Below, piece by piece: positions 13,423 to 28,554 of a stretch of DNA of 64,000 nucleotides. Positions within the stretch are counted from its first letter, which is position 1. Every line of letters begins with the position of its first letter. A program made the translations under genes and the position numbers. Origin of the DNA: the human T2T-CHM13v2.0 reference genome, Homo sapiens; assembly GCF_009914755.1 (NCBI RefSeq), contig NC_060939.1. The stretch is one strand, 5' to 3'. Below the pieces are notes generated by a model. That model searched no databases. It was not told the DNA's origin and worked only from the letters and a program-made list of their open reading frames with translations.

Positions 13423-13553
13423 TATGCCTACCTAATTATTCATGCCTTGGAGATGCCGGTTTGTGGTCAGGCTTCCCAGGCTCCAGTGGTGAGGCATGTG
13501 ATGGTGGCTATGCAGAGAAAGCAGCTGACAGTCATCTCCAGCAATGAGACTGC
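13423..13553 (-). other. FMN1: 5'UTR part (131 nt) of the FMN1 first coding exon; whole exon 11556-13553, 1998 nt
   Basis: Minus-strand acceptor TTCCCCTGTTCCTCTAACAG|GCAGTC at 13554/13553 with polypyrimidine tract. Confidence 0.85.
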
Positions 13554-14781
13554 CTGTTAGAGGAACAGGGGAAGAAAGCAGCTTGTCTAACAGAGTGCAT
13601 AAATCACACACCAACATAAAATCAAAGCATAACCATGACTTATCCTTCCTCTGTGGCTGACCTCAACAACTCAAGGAATCAGACAACAGCCAGATTTCAA
13701 TCTCTTCCTCGCTCCCACCCCACTCCTGATCAGTAGAACTTTTGTATAACTGAGAGATGGGAAAGTCCTCTCATTTCACCCCCAGGACAAAAGTTCCCTT
13801 TCCCTACATGGGGACTCACTGTGCAGCCTGGATCAGGTCTCTCAACTTCTCTAGACCTTGGTTTATGTTCTTCTGTAAAATAGAGCTATCATAACTCCCA
13901 GAAGTCCTTATCTAGGGGGCTTTGAGATCCTTAGAAAACACAGCCATTTTCATAACTCATATTTGGAATATTACTTTGCAAAGGTAGATCGATCAAGCCT
14001 TTTTACCCTCTAAAAACCACCTTCAAGATCTGAGCTCAAATTATCGATTCAACTTAAAACACAATGTGAGGAAAGATCTTAGGCCCCAAATTTGGTGTCA
14101 ACAGTAAAAATTTCAATGTAAAAGTTTAAAATTTAAATAACTCAAGTCTTAATCAAGTTTTGCTGTCTTCTTTTTTATTTATTTTTTGTTGTTGTATTGC
14201 CTTCTTTTTTCCTTCCTGTTGTCTATTCGAAGCCAAATGGAATGACAGAGGAACAGCAAAAAATCTATAAGGAACGGCTGGCCCTGTACAGATTTTTCAA
14301 TGATGTCACCACAGAAACGGCTGAAATGTCACATAATTAGTGAAGGTGGCTGCTTCCTTGTGTGATATGAGAGACCTCAGAAATGTCTCTGTGGCTACCA
14401 TCCCCACACACAAACTCTATATTTCTAGTTTCTTAAGCTATTGCCCAGTCTTCAAGCCTTCCTTGCTTAAAACAAGCACCGCCCACACCCTGGGAATGAT
14501 AACACAATAACTATTCATTAGCCCTTGATATCTTTAGTGAATTATTTTCCTCAGGTTTTTTCTAACTGCTTCTAAATAGCAAAAAAGCTACATAAAAGTA
14601 TATTTTGAGTGAAGGAAGAGAGAAAGGAGGAAGAGTCTGGTAAAAGTAACTCCTTGAGGAAGAGAGTGATAAAATGACAGTTATGAAAATTGCAGATATC
14701 TGGTCAAACCAGAATGCCAGGAGACCAGGAGAGGCCTTGCCTCTTTCACAATTGTATATGGGGCTGTTCTCACTCAAGTAG

Positions 14782-15094
14782 TTTTTTTTTTTTTTTTTTT
14801 TTTTAGATGGGTTCTTGCTCTGTCGCTTAGGCTGGAGTACAGTGGTGCAAACATGGCTCACTGCCGTCTCAACATCCTAGGCTCAAGTGATCCTCCTGCC
14901 TCAGCCTCCCGAATAGGTGGGACTACAGGCACGTGCCACCACCACCCAGCTAGTTTTTTTGTATTTTTTTTTTTTGTAGAAACAGCCTTTTGCCATGTTT
15001 CCCAGGGTGGTCTGGAAATCTTGGACTCAAGCGATCCTCCCACTTCAGCTTCTCAGAGTGCTGGGATTATAGGTGTGAGCCACTGCTCCCGGCC
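14782..15094 (-). mobile_element. AluJ
   Basis: Antisense Alu with GGCTCAAGTGATCCTCC J-type motif and T-tail. Confidence 0.9.
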
Positions 15095-15490
15095 GTATTT
15101 TTAAAACTTTTCTAAAATGCTTATTGCTAGCATTTTCTAAAGATGCACATGTGTAGGGATACTTAATAATTATTGGTAAAAACTCGCTGCATGTGTCCAA
15201 GAACTCACTTAGGAGGTAGTCTCTTATTGTGTAATTTATAATAATCAGTAATAAAAGCAATTGCAAAGCTGTCAATATCCGCTGAGCACTAAGCATTAGG
15301 AGTTCAATTAATGAATTCTCAGACAAACTGAAGGGAAGCAGCAGATGAGCTATGCTGAGTTTTGGAAAAATAGAATGCTCTCCTCTCTCTTCAAGCATCA
15401 TTTTCCTCTAGCTGTTCTCATCTCCTCAATTCCCATGGATTAGGAGTAGTGTGTGATGTTGGGGGAGGAGTGTTAAAAATTTTCAGAATT

Positions 15491-15825
<335 letters not shown>

Positions 15826-16215
15826 TCAAATAGGAATATGACTGCGTATTCTATTCCCTAAGAGAGGGAATTTGTATATACTGAGCACATATACACTTAT
15901 ATTTTCATTTTGTTATCTCATGGAATCAGTACATCTCCATTTTACAGATGAGGAAACTGAAATTCAGAGATAAAGGAATTTGTCTAAGGGAATATGGCTC
16001 AGAATATGCAAGTTTCAAACCCAGATCTCTCTCACTACATTGCTTCATAGGTCATGTTGCTCTTCACCTACTGCCTTCTACTAACAAATTGGTTTTCCAT
16101 CTAATTTGAATAGAGGAGTTTTTTTTGTTGTTTTCTGTTTTTTGTTTTTTTGTTAACTTGGTGTTACATAATTTCTTAACAATGTCTCACATCTTGCTAT
16201 TTTAACGCTCACGGA

Positions 16216-16528
16216 GGCCAGGCGCAGCAGCTCACCCCTGTAATCCCAGCACGTTGGGAGGCCAAGGCGGGAGGTTGCTTGAGCTCAGGAATTTGAGACC
16301 AGTCTGGGGAACATAGTGAAAGCTTGTTTCCACAAAAAAAGAGAAAATTAGCTGGGAATGTGGTGCAAGCCTGTACTCCCAGCTGCTAGTGAGGCTGAGG
16401 CAAGGGGATTGCCTGGGAGGTTGAAGCTGCAGTGGACTGAGATTGCGCCACTGCACCACTGTACTCCAGCCTAAGTGACAGAGCAAGACCCTGTCTTTCA
16501 AAAAAAAAAGAAAAAGAAAGAAACAAAA
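16216..16528 (+). mobile_element. AluJ
   Basis: GGAGGTTGCTTGAGCTCAGG J-type left arm; A-rich tail. Confidence 0.88.
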
Positions 16529-17403
16529 ACCACACTCATTGGAGAGCTTCAACATGTCTGATCAGGTAAAGTGCTGCTCCCTAAGGTCATCCCTTAAACA
16601 ATAAAATCTAGAAAAAGGGCACCAGGAGTTCACTACAGCTGGTATAGGCAGTAAAAACTCAATGAAGATTCTAATTTAGAAATAAAAGAAGAGAAGGACT
16701 GACATAAAGGCTATATCCTTTATGAGAATTACAGACATGTAGTGCCTGTTTACAGGATTAAGTACTTTTTTCCCCTGGTCTTTATAAGTCTTGGTTATGT
16801 AAATGGAGAAAATGTCATGGTTAGAACTCTATATGTTAGTCACAGTTGGGAAACTCAAGTCAAGGTTTAGAAAATTATAACATTGGATTTTATAGCAATA
16901 AAGCCACAATGCAAGGCATAAAGCTACTATTATAAAAAAAAAGAAAAAGAAAAAGAACTTTACACTATTGCCTCATCCACCCAGAAACTTCCATACAGAA
17001 TGCTCTTACCACACTTGTGGTGCACATGTCCGGAACCAAAGAGGAGCAGAACAGAGGAAGAAAAAAGAAATGGGAGTTTGTCTCATGATCTTGGGACTAC
17101 AGTTCCTTTGTTCTGGGCCCTGGGAAGCAGTATGTTGTAAGAAACTTTGTACTGAACTAGACTAAGGAGTTTCACTATCCCAGGATCCATAGGAGCCAAT
17201 GAAGAATCCTAAGCTACTTACTTATACTTGTTATAAAAAGATTACTTCAGAAGTAAAGTAGAGAGTAGACAAGTAGGGGGTAAGACTAGTGGTATAAATC
17301 ACTTAGAAAGGTCTTTCAGTATTCCAGAAAGAAGCGATAGCCAAAACCAAAGCAGTAGCAATGTGATGGAGAAGAGATGGTCAATTTTAAAAGATAGATT
17401 TCA

Positions 17404-17705
17404 GGCCAGGCATGGTGCCTCATGACTATAATCCCAGCACTTTGGGAGCCTGAGGTGGGTGGATCACTTGAGTTCAAGACCAGCCTGACCAACATGGTAA
17501 AACCCCATCTCTACTAAAAATACAGAAAAAATTAGACAGGCATGGTGGCACATGCCCGTAATCCCAGTTATTTGGGTGGCTAAGGCATAAGAATTGCTTC
17601 AACCCAGGAGATCTAGGCTGCAGTGAGCCGAGATTGTGCCACTGCACTCCAGCGTGGGTGAAAGAGTGAGACTCTGTCTCTAAATAAATAAGTAAAAATT
17701 AAATA
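17404..17705 (+). mobile_element. Alu (old S/J) inserted in an L2 fragment (~17200-18000)
   Basis: Alu dimer with internal deletion; imperfect TSD AAAAGATAGA; L2-like purine-rich flanks. Confidence 0.85.
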
Positions 17706-19699
17706 AAAAGATAGAATTGAAAGGGTCTGGTGGTTAATTGGATATGCGTGACAGGAAAGAATTTGGTTTCATGATTTCAGATGTAGGTGACTGGGTAGAT
17801 TGTGGTGCCATTCACAAAGATAAATGCACGAAGAGGAATAGGCTTCAGGGGAAGAAGATGAATTCAGTTGTGGAAATATTGAATTTGATGTATCGGGGAA
17901 TAATCAAACAAATATGTCCACAACACTGCTAGATGCAAAGGGATAGAGAATGAGATTTAGGCTAAAGTTAACACATTTAGAAGGAATCATACAGTATATA
18001 AGGTGTTTCAATTCCATGTAAGATAAAGTAAGTGCACTCTATCCTAGCTCTCCCACTGAATGTAACAGAAAAAAAACACCAATATAAAATGCATGGAGCA
18101 GCTATTTGAACACTCTAAAAGTAAATGGTAACAAGCAGGTTGATGAGGAAGACCAGGCTTTGAAGTATCAACCAACTGTAAAGCAGCTAACTTTCTCAAC
18201 TTTGTCCTTCAGTAGCCCCTAAGCCTGGACTCAAATGTGCCTGAAACATGGCAGTGAATATCAGCACAAACAGAGGAAGATATAGGAGGAGTCCTGTAAT
18301 TCAGAATCAAGAATAGAAAGAAGTTTTCTTGTTGGCACCTAAAACTCTGAGGGAGGAGAACATTTCTCTATGATTAGAGGAACTGTAGTCCCAAGATGTA
18401 TGGGGGAAAACCCTATTTCTTTTTCTCTCACTCTGTTCTGCCTCTCGTTGATTTCGGGTGTGGGCAGAGTTGCAGGAAGTTTGCAGCCAAAGAGTTGGAG
18501 GGTTAGTAGTCCTAGATTTCTAGTTAGAGGACTGAAATCAGAGCCTCAGAGAGCCCAGAAGTATGGGAAAGATTATGGAGAAGGATCTTAGAAAGTGACC
18601 CATAAAGTTGTTCATGGATACCTGAATTAACCCCAGCCTGTGGATTGTGGATCTGAACTTAAACACCATACGAAGGGCTTTGAAAAAAAATGAAGAGATA
18701 AGACAACTTCCCAGGGCCTAGGCTGGCCACTGGGTGGCACATACATGGGATGGAACACTGCAAAAGCTTTGAAAATGGAACTGACATGAAAACCACAACC
18801 CACAGGAGGCTCATTGGAACTGGAGGACTGAGCCAAACCAGGTTGACTAGCTGGTTGTTTCAACAAAAAAGGATCTTCCCTGAGCAAATGAACTTCAACC
18901 TCAACCCTCTAGAGTGTTCCATGTCAGAAGAAGGCTTTAGACCAGGGCAAACTCTTCTCTGTGACAACCCATTAGAAAGTCAGAATGCAGTATGGAATCA
19001 TCACACATATTTTTCATCCAAGAAACCAGAGGAAAAAGAGCAGTAAGTCCTAAGAGAAAAAAAGCAAAAGGACAGGAAATCACTGTGCATTGGGGTTAAA
19101 TACACTGGCATTGCAATTCCATGCTGAGTTCACAGGACTATTTCAAACAGCATTGCCTCATTCTACTTGGACTCAAATGCAGCGGCTCTGCAGAGGCACA
19201 CACTAAATTATACATCTTAATTTGGCCTGTGAAGTGACCTGCTCTGGTTATGTTCAAGGTAAAAGCACTTTGCTTCCCAGGGAGTCTTCGTGTCTTCTAT
19301 TTCCTCTGACAGGCTCCAGGCTGGCATTCTGTCTATGACAGCATTGCAGCAGTGATTTCTCCCTTGATTCTTTTTCCAATAAACAAGTAGATTACCTCAC
19401 TCTACCCCAAATGGAAATATCTGTTCTGCCTCATCCTAATGAGAAATGATTGCCTTTTAGTAGATGCTATCTATTGTTCATAGCATATTTCACCAATGCT
19501 AAAAATAAGATTCAAGAATTAGTTGTCGTCATTCTGTCTGCTGACGGCAGACATCCTAATTGATTTTGGCCTTAAAAGGCCAATGCAAAGCTTTCTTTGC
19601 CTAGTCATTGGCACAGTCTTTCCCTGTGACTCCATCTGAGCCCAACACGGCTAAGACAGATTACCTGTATTCCATTTCTAAACTGGAAAATTTTTATTA

Positions 19700-20012
19700 G
19701 TTCAGTCAAATTCACACTCTACCTTTCACACCCTCCTAAGACCAAGAGACTGACTTTTATGAACTCAATCAACAAGTTTCCTTGCCCTGTGGCTTCTACT
19801 AGATTTAGCCATTGGGAAACAGTAACAGATTGGAGGGCAGATGGAAGAGGGCTCGGGACCTTTATCCCCTGACTCCCTATCTCCTGGGCTATAGTTTGGT
19901 AGTAGGCGTGCCCTCTAATGAAGACCACGCTCCTCTGGGGTAGTTCTCCTCCAGCTGCAGCTGCTTTCTCTGAGTACCATTACTGCCCCCTCCCCTTGCT
20001 CATTTAGTCCTA
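19700..20012. mobile_element. Second LTR33-like LTR
   Basis: gactgacttttatg...ccttgccctgtggcttc...agccattggga...tttatcccctgactccct. Confidence 0.55.
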
Positions 20013-20135
20013 GATGGCTTTGAATTCTGCCTCTCCTGTGTGATTTTGGACAAGTTATTGCCTGCCTTTCTCCTTTCCATCCACCCTGGGATGGAGTGCA
20101 GCTTTTTCAAAGAGTAGATTAAAAAAACAAAGGAA

Positions 20136-20801
<666 letters not shown>

Positions 20802-21322
20802 AGGGGTTTTTCTTTAAACAACCTCCACACTGTAGGAGTAAGAACGTAGGAATAATAACAAAATTACTACAATACACAGCAGAAAGAGACCTATAAGGTA
20901 TCAAAGAACAAATCAGAGGAGTTAAAAAAAAAAAGGAGAGTCAACATCATGTTTGTAGAATCAGAATAACACTTCAGGCAGAAGAAAGCATTTTAAAATA
21001 GCCCCTCATTAAAATATGGGCCTTGGACAGGTAGAGATTAAGAAAATGAACTTCCAAGAGGAAGAAACGTAATACAGGACTGAGAAAACAAGGATTTTAA
21101 TCAGGTTGGTAGGATATTAACGCTATCTTCATAGACAAATGACTCATGAAGCCATGGATGATTTTTGACCAGGGAAGCAGTATGTTCAGCACTACTGTTA
21201 AAGATTAAGTCAAAAGTAATGTCAGAACAGATTGGAGTAGAAAGAGAACAGACAGGGAGTCAAGAATGAGGAGCTGGGGACAACATCAAATTCTGCAAAG
21301 AGGTCAAGAAAGAAACAAATTA

Positions 21323-21632
<310 letters not shown>

Positions 21633-21745
21633 GATATGTTACAGACAGTTTTAGGTAGCAACTTTAGTAGAGTGAGAGAACACCAAACTAATTATATTAC
21701 AAAGAGTAAGTGAGAATGCTAGTGGTTAAGACAAGAAAAATATGA

Positions 21746-22492
<747 letters not shown>

Positions 22493-23271
22493 TGAAAAAT
22501 GGTATGAAACATGGGAAAAAAGTCACCAGAGGAAGAAGACATGGGCTCAAGGACACATGGGGAGGAATCAGCCTTGACAAGAAGGAGGATGGTTTCCTAC
22601 TCAAAGACTAAGGAAAAAAGATTATTATGAGATAGCACTGAAATTGAGAGAGTTTACTTATTTTCTCAATGATTTTTGTTTTCTTCAGAAAGTCTGTAAA
22701 TTTATGATTTTCTTTGCATTCTAACAATGTCACAAGAAGGAAAGCACTAAACTAGAGTTTCGGAGGCAAAATTCTTTCCTGTGAAACTCTGATTTGACTG
22801 TGAGACCACCAGCATAAGCTATGTCTTATTTTAACATATGGGCAAATCTCTACAAAAATGTAGAGGACAAATTTCAGCCAATATAACTATTTTAGAGGAC
22901 GAGTTTCTGGCCAAAGTCACAGCTGGTTATTAAAGGGAAAAAAAGGGCTCCTTTTCGTGTACGTTTTTTCATTGCTGTTCATTTTTTGACCTACAAACCA
23001 ACCCACACAGATACCCAGATATGTTAACAAGGTGTGCGCATTGAAGATTCTCTCAAAGACGTCGAGGAATTCTTTCTTTGCCTCTCCCTTACCTTTTCAA
23101 AGCTTAATTACATAAAGAAAAATGAGTATTAGCTTTCCACATGATTTCCATGAAAATTAGATATTGAGATCCTCAACACATCACTGGTTTTACATCACTA
23201 TCTGGCTAACATCATCATCTACAGGAGATGTATGAGTATGCTTAGGAAATAAGCCCTTTCCCCCTGATTTA

Positions 23272-23546
23272 ATTTTTAATTTTTATGGGTACATAGTAGG
23301 TATATATACTTATGGGGTACATGAAATATTCTGATACAGGCATATAGTGCATAATAATCACATCAGGGTAAATGGGGTATCCATCACCTCAAACATTTAT
23401 CATTTCTTTGCATTACAAACATTCCAGCTATACTGTTTTAGTTATTTTTAAATGTACAACAAATTATTGTTGACTGTAATCACCCTGTTGTACAATCAAA
23501 TACTAGTTCTTATGAATTCTATCTAACTATGTTTTTGTACCCACCG
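23272..23546 (-). mobile_element. 5'-truncated L1MA-type 3' end
   Basis: ttttatgggtacatagtaggtatatat...aatggggtatccatcacctca; TSD CCTGATTTAA (23263 / 23547). Confidence 0.85.
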
Positions 23547-23832
23547 CCTGATTTAAAAAAAGAATCTGTAGATAGGAGATTCCTACTCGTTGAACATTTA
23601 AGGCTTTACCAACAATGGTGACAGCACAGCATCTCGCTAAAGGTGGGCTTAGTACATTTTACTTTGTAGTTAGTAAGACAAAGAGAGCTTCCTTTTCAAA
23701 TATCGGGAGTATCTTTTTTAGATATGTGAACACATTCTGTGGAGTTTGCTTTTATGAGAACTTTATATCAGGAACAATGGTTGCATATGTTACATCAAAT
23801 TTGCATTTTCTGATTAAGGAAGCTGCTCTTGA

Positions 23833-24174
<342 letters not shown>

Positions 24175-25603
24175 GGTTTTTCTTTTTAACAGGCAACTGC
24201 AAAGAGACGATTGTAACCCCATTTTATAGAGGATTGAGGATGCAGGCAGGGTGCTTTGATGGTACTCTCATTTTTAAAGGTCTGCCACACAGTACAGCTC
24301 TCAAGGAGGAAGGTGGGGACCATGGGGGCTCTCCAAGACAAAGCTGATCTGCCATCTCTCCCACTTCCCTGATAGCCACATCTGTTGACAGAAAACCTAT
24401 TTTTTGGTTGTTGTTGTTAAAATGTCTGTTCATTTATAAACCTAGTAACATGGAAGGAAAACCTATTTTAATTATCTCACATTATGTGTGTTTCGATTTT
24501 ATAAAATACTGGAAATCTTTTTATAAATCACAGTAATATGACATCTGTTTAAAACGTCCACAAAAGAAGTTCTTTGGTTTGAACTTCCATTTGAGCCAAA
24601 CCACCATCATGTGAGGCAGACATAGCAGATGCGGTTATTGTCACTGTATACCCAAGGAGGCTAAAGGAGACAAGAAATTTCAAAGCGACTTGCCCCTGGT
24701 CAAACAACTAGTGAGCAATGGAACTGGACTCAAATCCAGGTTTCTGGACTCTCCGTATGCTGCTGTTTCCACTACCCTAGTACCACTGGCACTCACTTTT
24801 TCTTTTTCTTTTTTTTTTTTTAAAGAAAGACCAATGAAACAAAGTGCCATTTTTAAAAAGCCCAAAATTTAAAAATGTATTGCGGGATAGGATTTTAAAA
24901 ATGTATTGCTGGATAGGACTTAAAATACAATATAGTACTATATGCAGTGAAGCAAGTGGACTCAAAGCCACTACTTTGTAAAGATTTCTCATTTAAATAT
25001 AATTTTATTAAATCTTGAAGTAGATACCTTCTAAGAAAAAATTCATATCCCATCAAATACTCAGAATCCTACAAGAGATCATATAGGCAACAGTTTCACA
25101 GGTGTGTTTGCTTCCTTTTTGCTTTGTTGCTGTTGTTCAGGGAGAGATACTGGTATTAGAGTTTTACAAACTCTTCTGTTTACCATGAGGATCAAGGAAG
25201 GCCCTCTTCATCTTAATCCAGCGTTATTTCACGAAATCCATCCTAAGAGTTAGTTATTTTGAAATGCACTTCGTAAAATACCAGTGACCATATATATAGA
25301 CTGCTTAAACAGAAAGATCTACCCAGGGTAGAAAGGGCTGTGTAACCCAGCAAGGGAAGCACTGGGCCATGAGTTGGAGGCATGTATCCCAATCCAACAA
25401 GGGCAACTGGACTCACCACTGCTGTATGCCAAGCTCATGTGTTTCTTAGTAGACTAATCAAGGGGCAGGAAGATAGCAATTTGTGGACAAGCAGTAAAAA
25501 TCTAGTAAAAATTAAATATTTAGGTGAGGTAATGAAATGAGTAGATTCATACTTGGTTAAGAAGGAGAAAGAAAGAGGAGAGGAGAGAGATGACATTAGC
25601 CAA

Positions 25604-25957
25604 TGATATGGTTTGGCTGTGTCCCCACCCAAATCTCACCTTGAATTGTAATAATCCCCACGTGTCATGGGCAGGCCAGGTGGGGATAACTGAATCATGG
25701 TGGCGGTTTTCCCAATACTGTTCTCATGGTAATGAGTAAGTCTCATGAGATCTGATGGTTTTATAAATGGGAGTTCCCCTGTACAAGGTCTGTTGCCTGC
25801 TACCATGTAAGATGTGCCTTTACTTCTCCTTTGCCTTCACCATGATTGTGAAGCCTCCCCAGCCGTGTGGAACTGTGAGTCCATTAAACTTTTTTCCCTT
25901 ATAAATTACCCAGCCTGGGGTATGTATTTATTAGCAGTATGACAACAGACTAATACA
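25604..25957 (+). mobile_element. THE1-family (ERVL-MaLR) solo LTR
   Basis: Starts TGATATGGTTTGGCTGTGTCCCCACCCAAATCTCA, ends CAGACTAATACA; 5-bp TSD GCCAA on both sides. Confidence 0.93.
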
Positions 25958-26027
25958 GCCAACATTTCATGAGGTCTTAACCAGTGCTAGGCCTTTGGCT
26001 AAATGTACACCATGCCTCATTCATTTA

Positions 26028-26527
26028 CAGTTGACCTTTGACCAAAGCAGGGGTTGGGGTGCTGACTCCCTGCCTGCACAGTCAAAAATGTATGTATAAC
26101 TTTTGGTTCCCCAAAAGCTTTACTGTTAATAGCCTACTGTTGACCATAAGTCTTACTGATAACATAAACAGTTGATTAACACATATTTGTATGTCATATG
26201 TATTAGATGCTGTATTCTTCTAATAAAGTAAGCTAGAGAAAAGAAGATGTCATTAAGAAAATCACAAGGAAGGGAAAACATATTTATTCTTTATTAAGTG
26301 GAAGTGGATAATCCTAAAGGTCTTTATCCTCATTGTCTTCACATTCAGTAGGCTGAGGAGGAGAAGGAAGAGGAGGGGTCTTGCTGTCTCAGGGACGACA
26401 GAGGCAGAAGAAGTGAAGGAGAAGGGAGGGAGGAGAGACAGGCACACTTGGTATAACTTTTATTGAAAAAAATTCACGTAAAAATGGATCCACTAAGATC
26501 AAACCCGTGTTATTCATGGGCCAACTG
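26028..26527. mobile_element. Tigger2-derived non-autonomous DNA transposon nested in a MIR
   Basis: Terminal inverted repeats CAGTTGACC...GGCCAACTG flanked by TA; MIR sequence resumes at ~26530-26670. Confidence 0.82.
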
Positions 26528-28554
26528 TAATTCTCATAGTCCTATGAGTGGGTACTAATAATTCTTCCATTTTACCCATGAGAAATCATGTAAGCTTAGG
26601 GAGGTTAAGTAACTTGTCCGAAGTCACAGAGTTATTCAGTCACAGAATTGGAACTTGAATCCAGGACTATTTTAAAAGTCTCTCTGAGTAAAAGTGACAA
26701 AATACTGCATTTCTTAAAACTTCAGGGAGAAATAATGAATCTGTTATGGGAGGCCATCAGGGGGCCTCTAATATAAGGATTATTTTGCTTCTCTTCAGAA
26801 AAATATGGTTAACAGATTGTGTTTATTAAGCAATTAACACTATGATCTATGTGCCCCTTGATCAGAATATAAATTAATCCATCTAGAAGCAAGGACAAAA
26901 AACACATAATGTTTGCAAAATTCCTGTTAGGAATTCCTCTTTGTCCTGAAAGTATGTTAGTGCTCATGGTTTAAGGTTTCTGTCAGAGCCTAGAGAAGAA
27001 CTTGTCCCACAATACCCCAGAGAGAGTGACAAAGGTTAAAACTGGACATCACCATTAAGTTTGCCTCAAGTCAAGTAAAAGAATTGTGACTGAATTTCAG
27101 TTTCTGCCACAGGGGATATACTAAAAAGGGTCAAAGTGTCAAAGTTTGACGTGGTCCTCTTTGTGATTAGGAGGTTGGCTGTGGCTGTGGACAGTTGGTA
27201 TCTGCTCAAGCATTTAAACCAACCCCAACTTTGGCACAAGGCTGCAGGCTCTAAAGGTAATATCTAAACCAGATCTAACTAGCCGCTATCCCTTGATATT
27301 GGAATTTAAAATAATTAAAGTCTCAGTCACAAGTGCTAAGACGAGATCCTCTAGGTCACAGCAGCCACAGTCTGACCCAAAGGGCTTAGCATAAAAAGTG
27401 GTGCCGCCTTGGGATGAACAATACACAGCTTCCTCTTAATAAACTGAGCTGCTCTGGGAACTCCCCATTTGATTGCCACTCACAATTTCGATACTTTATA
27501 CAAAAATCTCATATCCACAATTCCTGCAGTTGGAGATGTCACGATAGTTCTTTCACACCATTTACATACAAGTTTAGAAGCATTTCCAGATGATTCCACA
27601 AATTCATTCTCAACAGTCTGTTAATTGAGCTCAATAGAAAGGCAAAAACATAAAAAGGACATTACTTATTAGAATGACTGGCTTGAAAAGAATAAAGGGG
27701 AATATAAATATACATTTATGAAACTAATAAAAAAGCCAAAGCTTTGTTGCCCTAGATAACTTGCTATAGCAGCCTCACGCTGCTTCTAGAAATCTACTAT
27801 GCTCCTAGGATTCAAAACACATCCTCAAAACACATAAATAAAAATCCTTTGAAAACATAAAACAGTTTAATAAAAACAATTTCTGAATTTGACATTGCTA
27901 AAACTTCAAATTTGATTGAAGGAATAAATATACGCAATAAAAAAATTCAAACGGAATTTTGAGACAAATGGCTACTGTTGAGATTCCTAATGGGAAGAAG
28001 GGTAAGTTTCTTCCTCTTCCAAAAATACCAGGGAATTTCTGGGAATTAAAGAACTCTGAACACAGTTCTAACATCAGGAAGATTTTACATTGTTTACGGC
28101 AAATTTCAAAGACACTTTGAAATAAAAGCAAATATATAATAAGTATAGCAAATAGGTCTGTAATGAGAAGGCGCTGGGCCCGGAGATCCAGCTTTTTATA
28201 AAAAGCCTTTTTTTTTTCTTTTCCTTTTTTTTTTTTTTTTTTTTGGTAATAGCCTTTTCCAAAAAGTTGCAGTCAGCATAAATTGCAAAATAAATCTGTG
28301 AACCAGATGAGGCCACTATTGAGCATATTATTTATTCTTTTGTCATCAGATTAAGTAATATTTTCTAAAGTAGATACATACTTGCATAATAAATCACTTT
28401 TCCAGTTGGATGATTCTGCAGAGATTAAGAGGTCAGGATTACCAAGAATATCCTTCTCAAAAAGCCCAATACCATCAGGAGAAAGACGCATTTAGCTGCA
28501 TTTATTTAAGCCAAATAAATTTATATCAAGTCTTTCTTCTAAAAACCATGTTTT

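Noticed and set aside
13423-13434. GTAG|GC-ATA-ATG as an alternative acceptor that would bypass the uORF stop in frame
   Set aside because: Phase is compatible, but there is no polypyrimidine tract upstream.
18020-18880. Possible 5' region of an ancient L1M element
   Set aside because: Composition is suggestive, but I cannot match it to a family or set boundaries.
27128-27150. Tandem GTCAAAGT nuclear-receptor/HNF4-like half sites
   Set aside because: Short motifs occur by chance; no conservation or chromatin evidence available.
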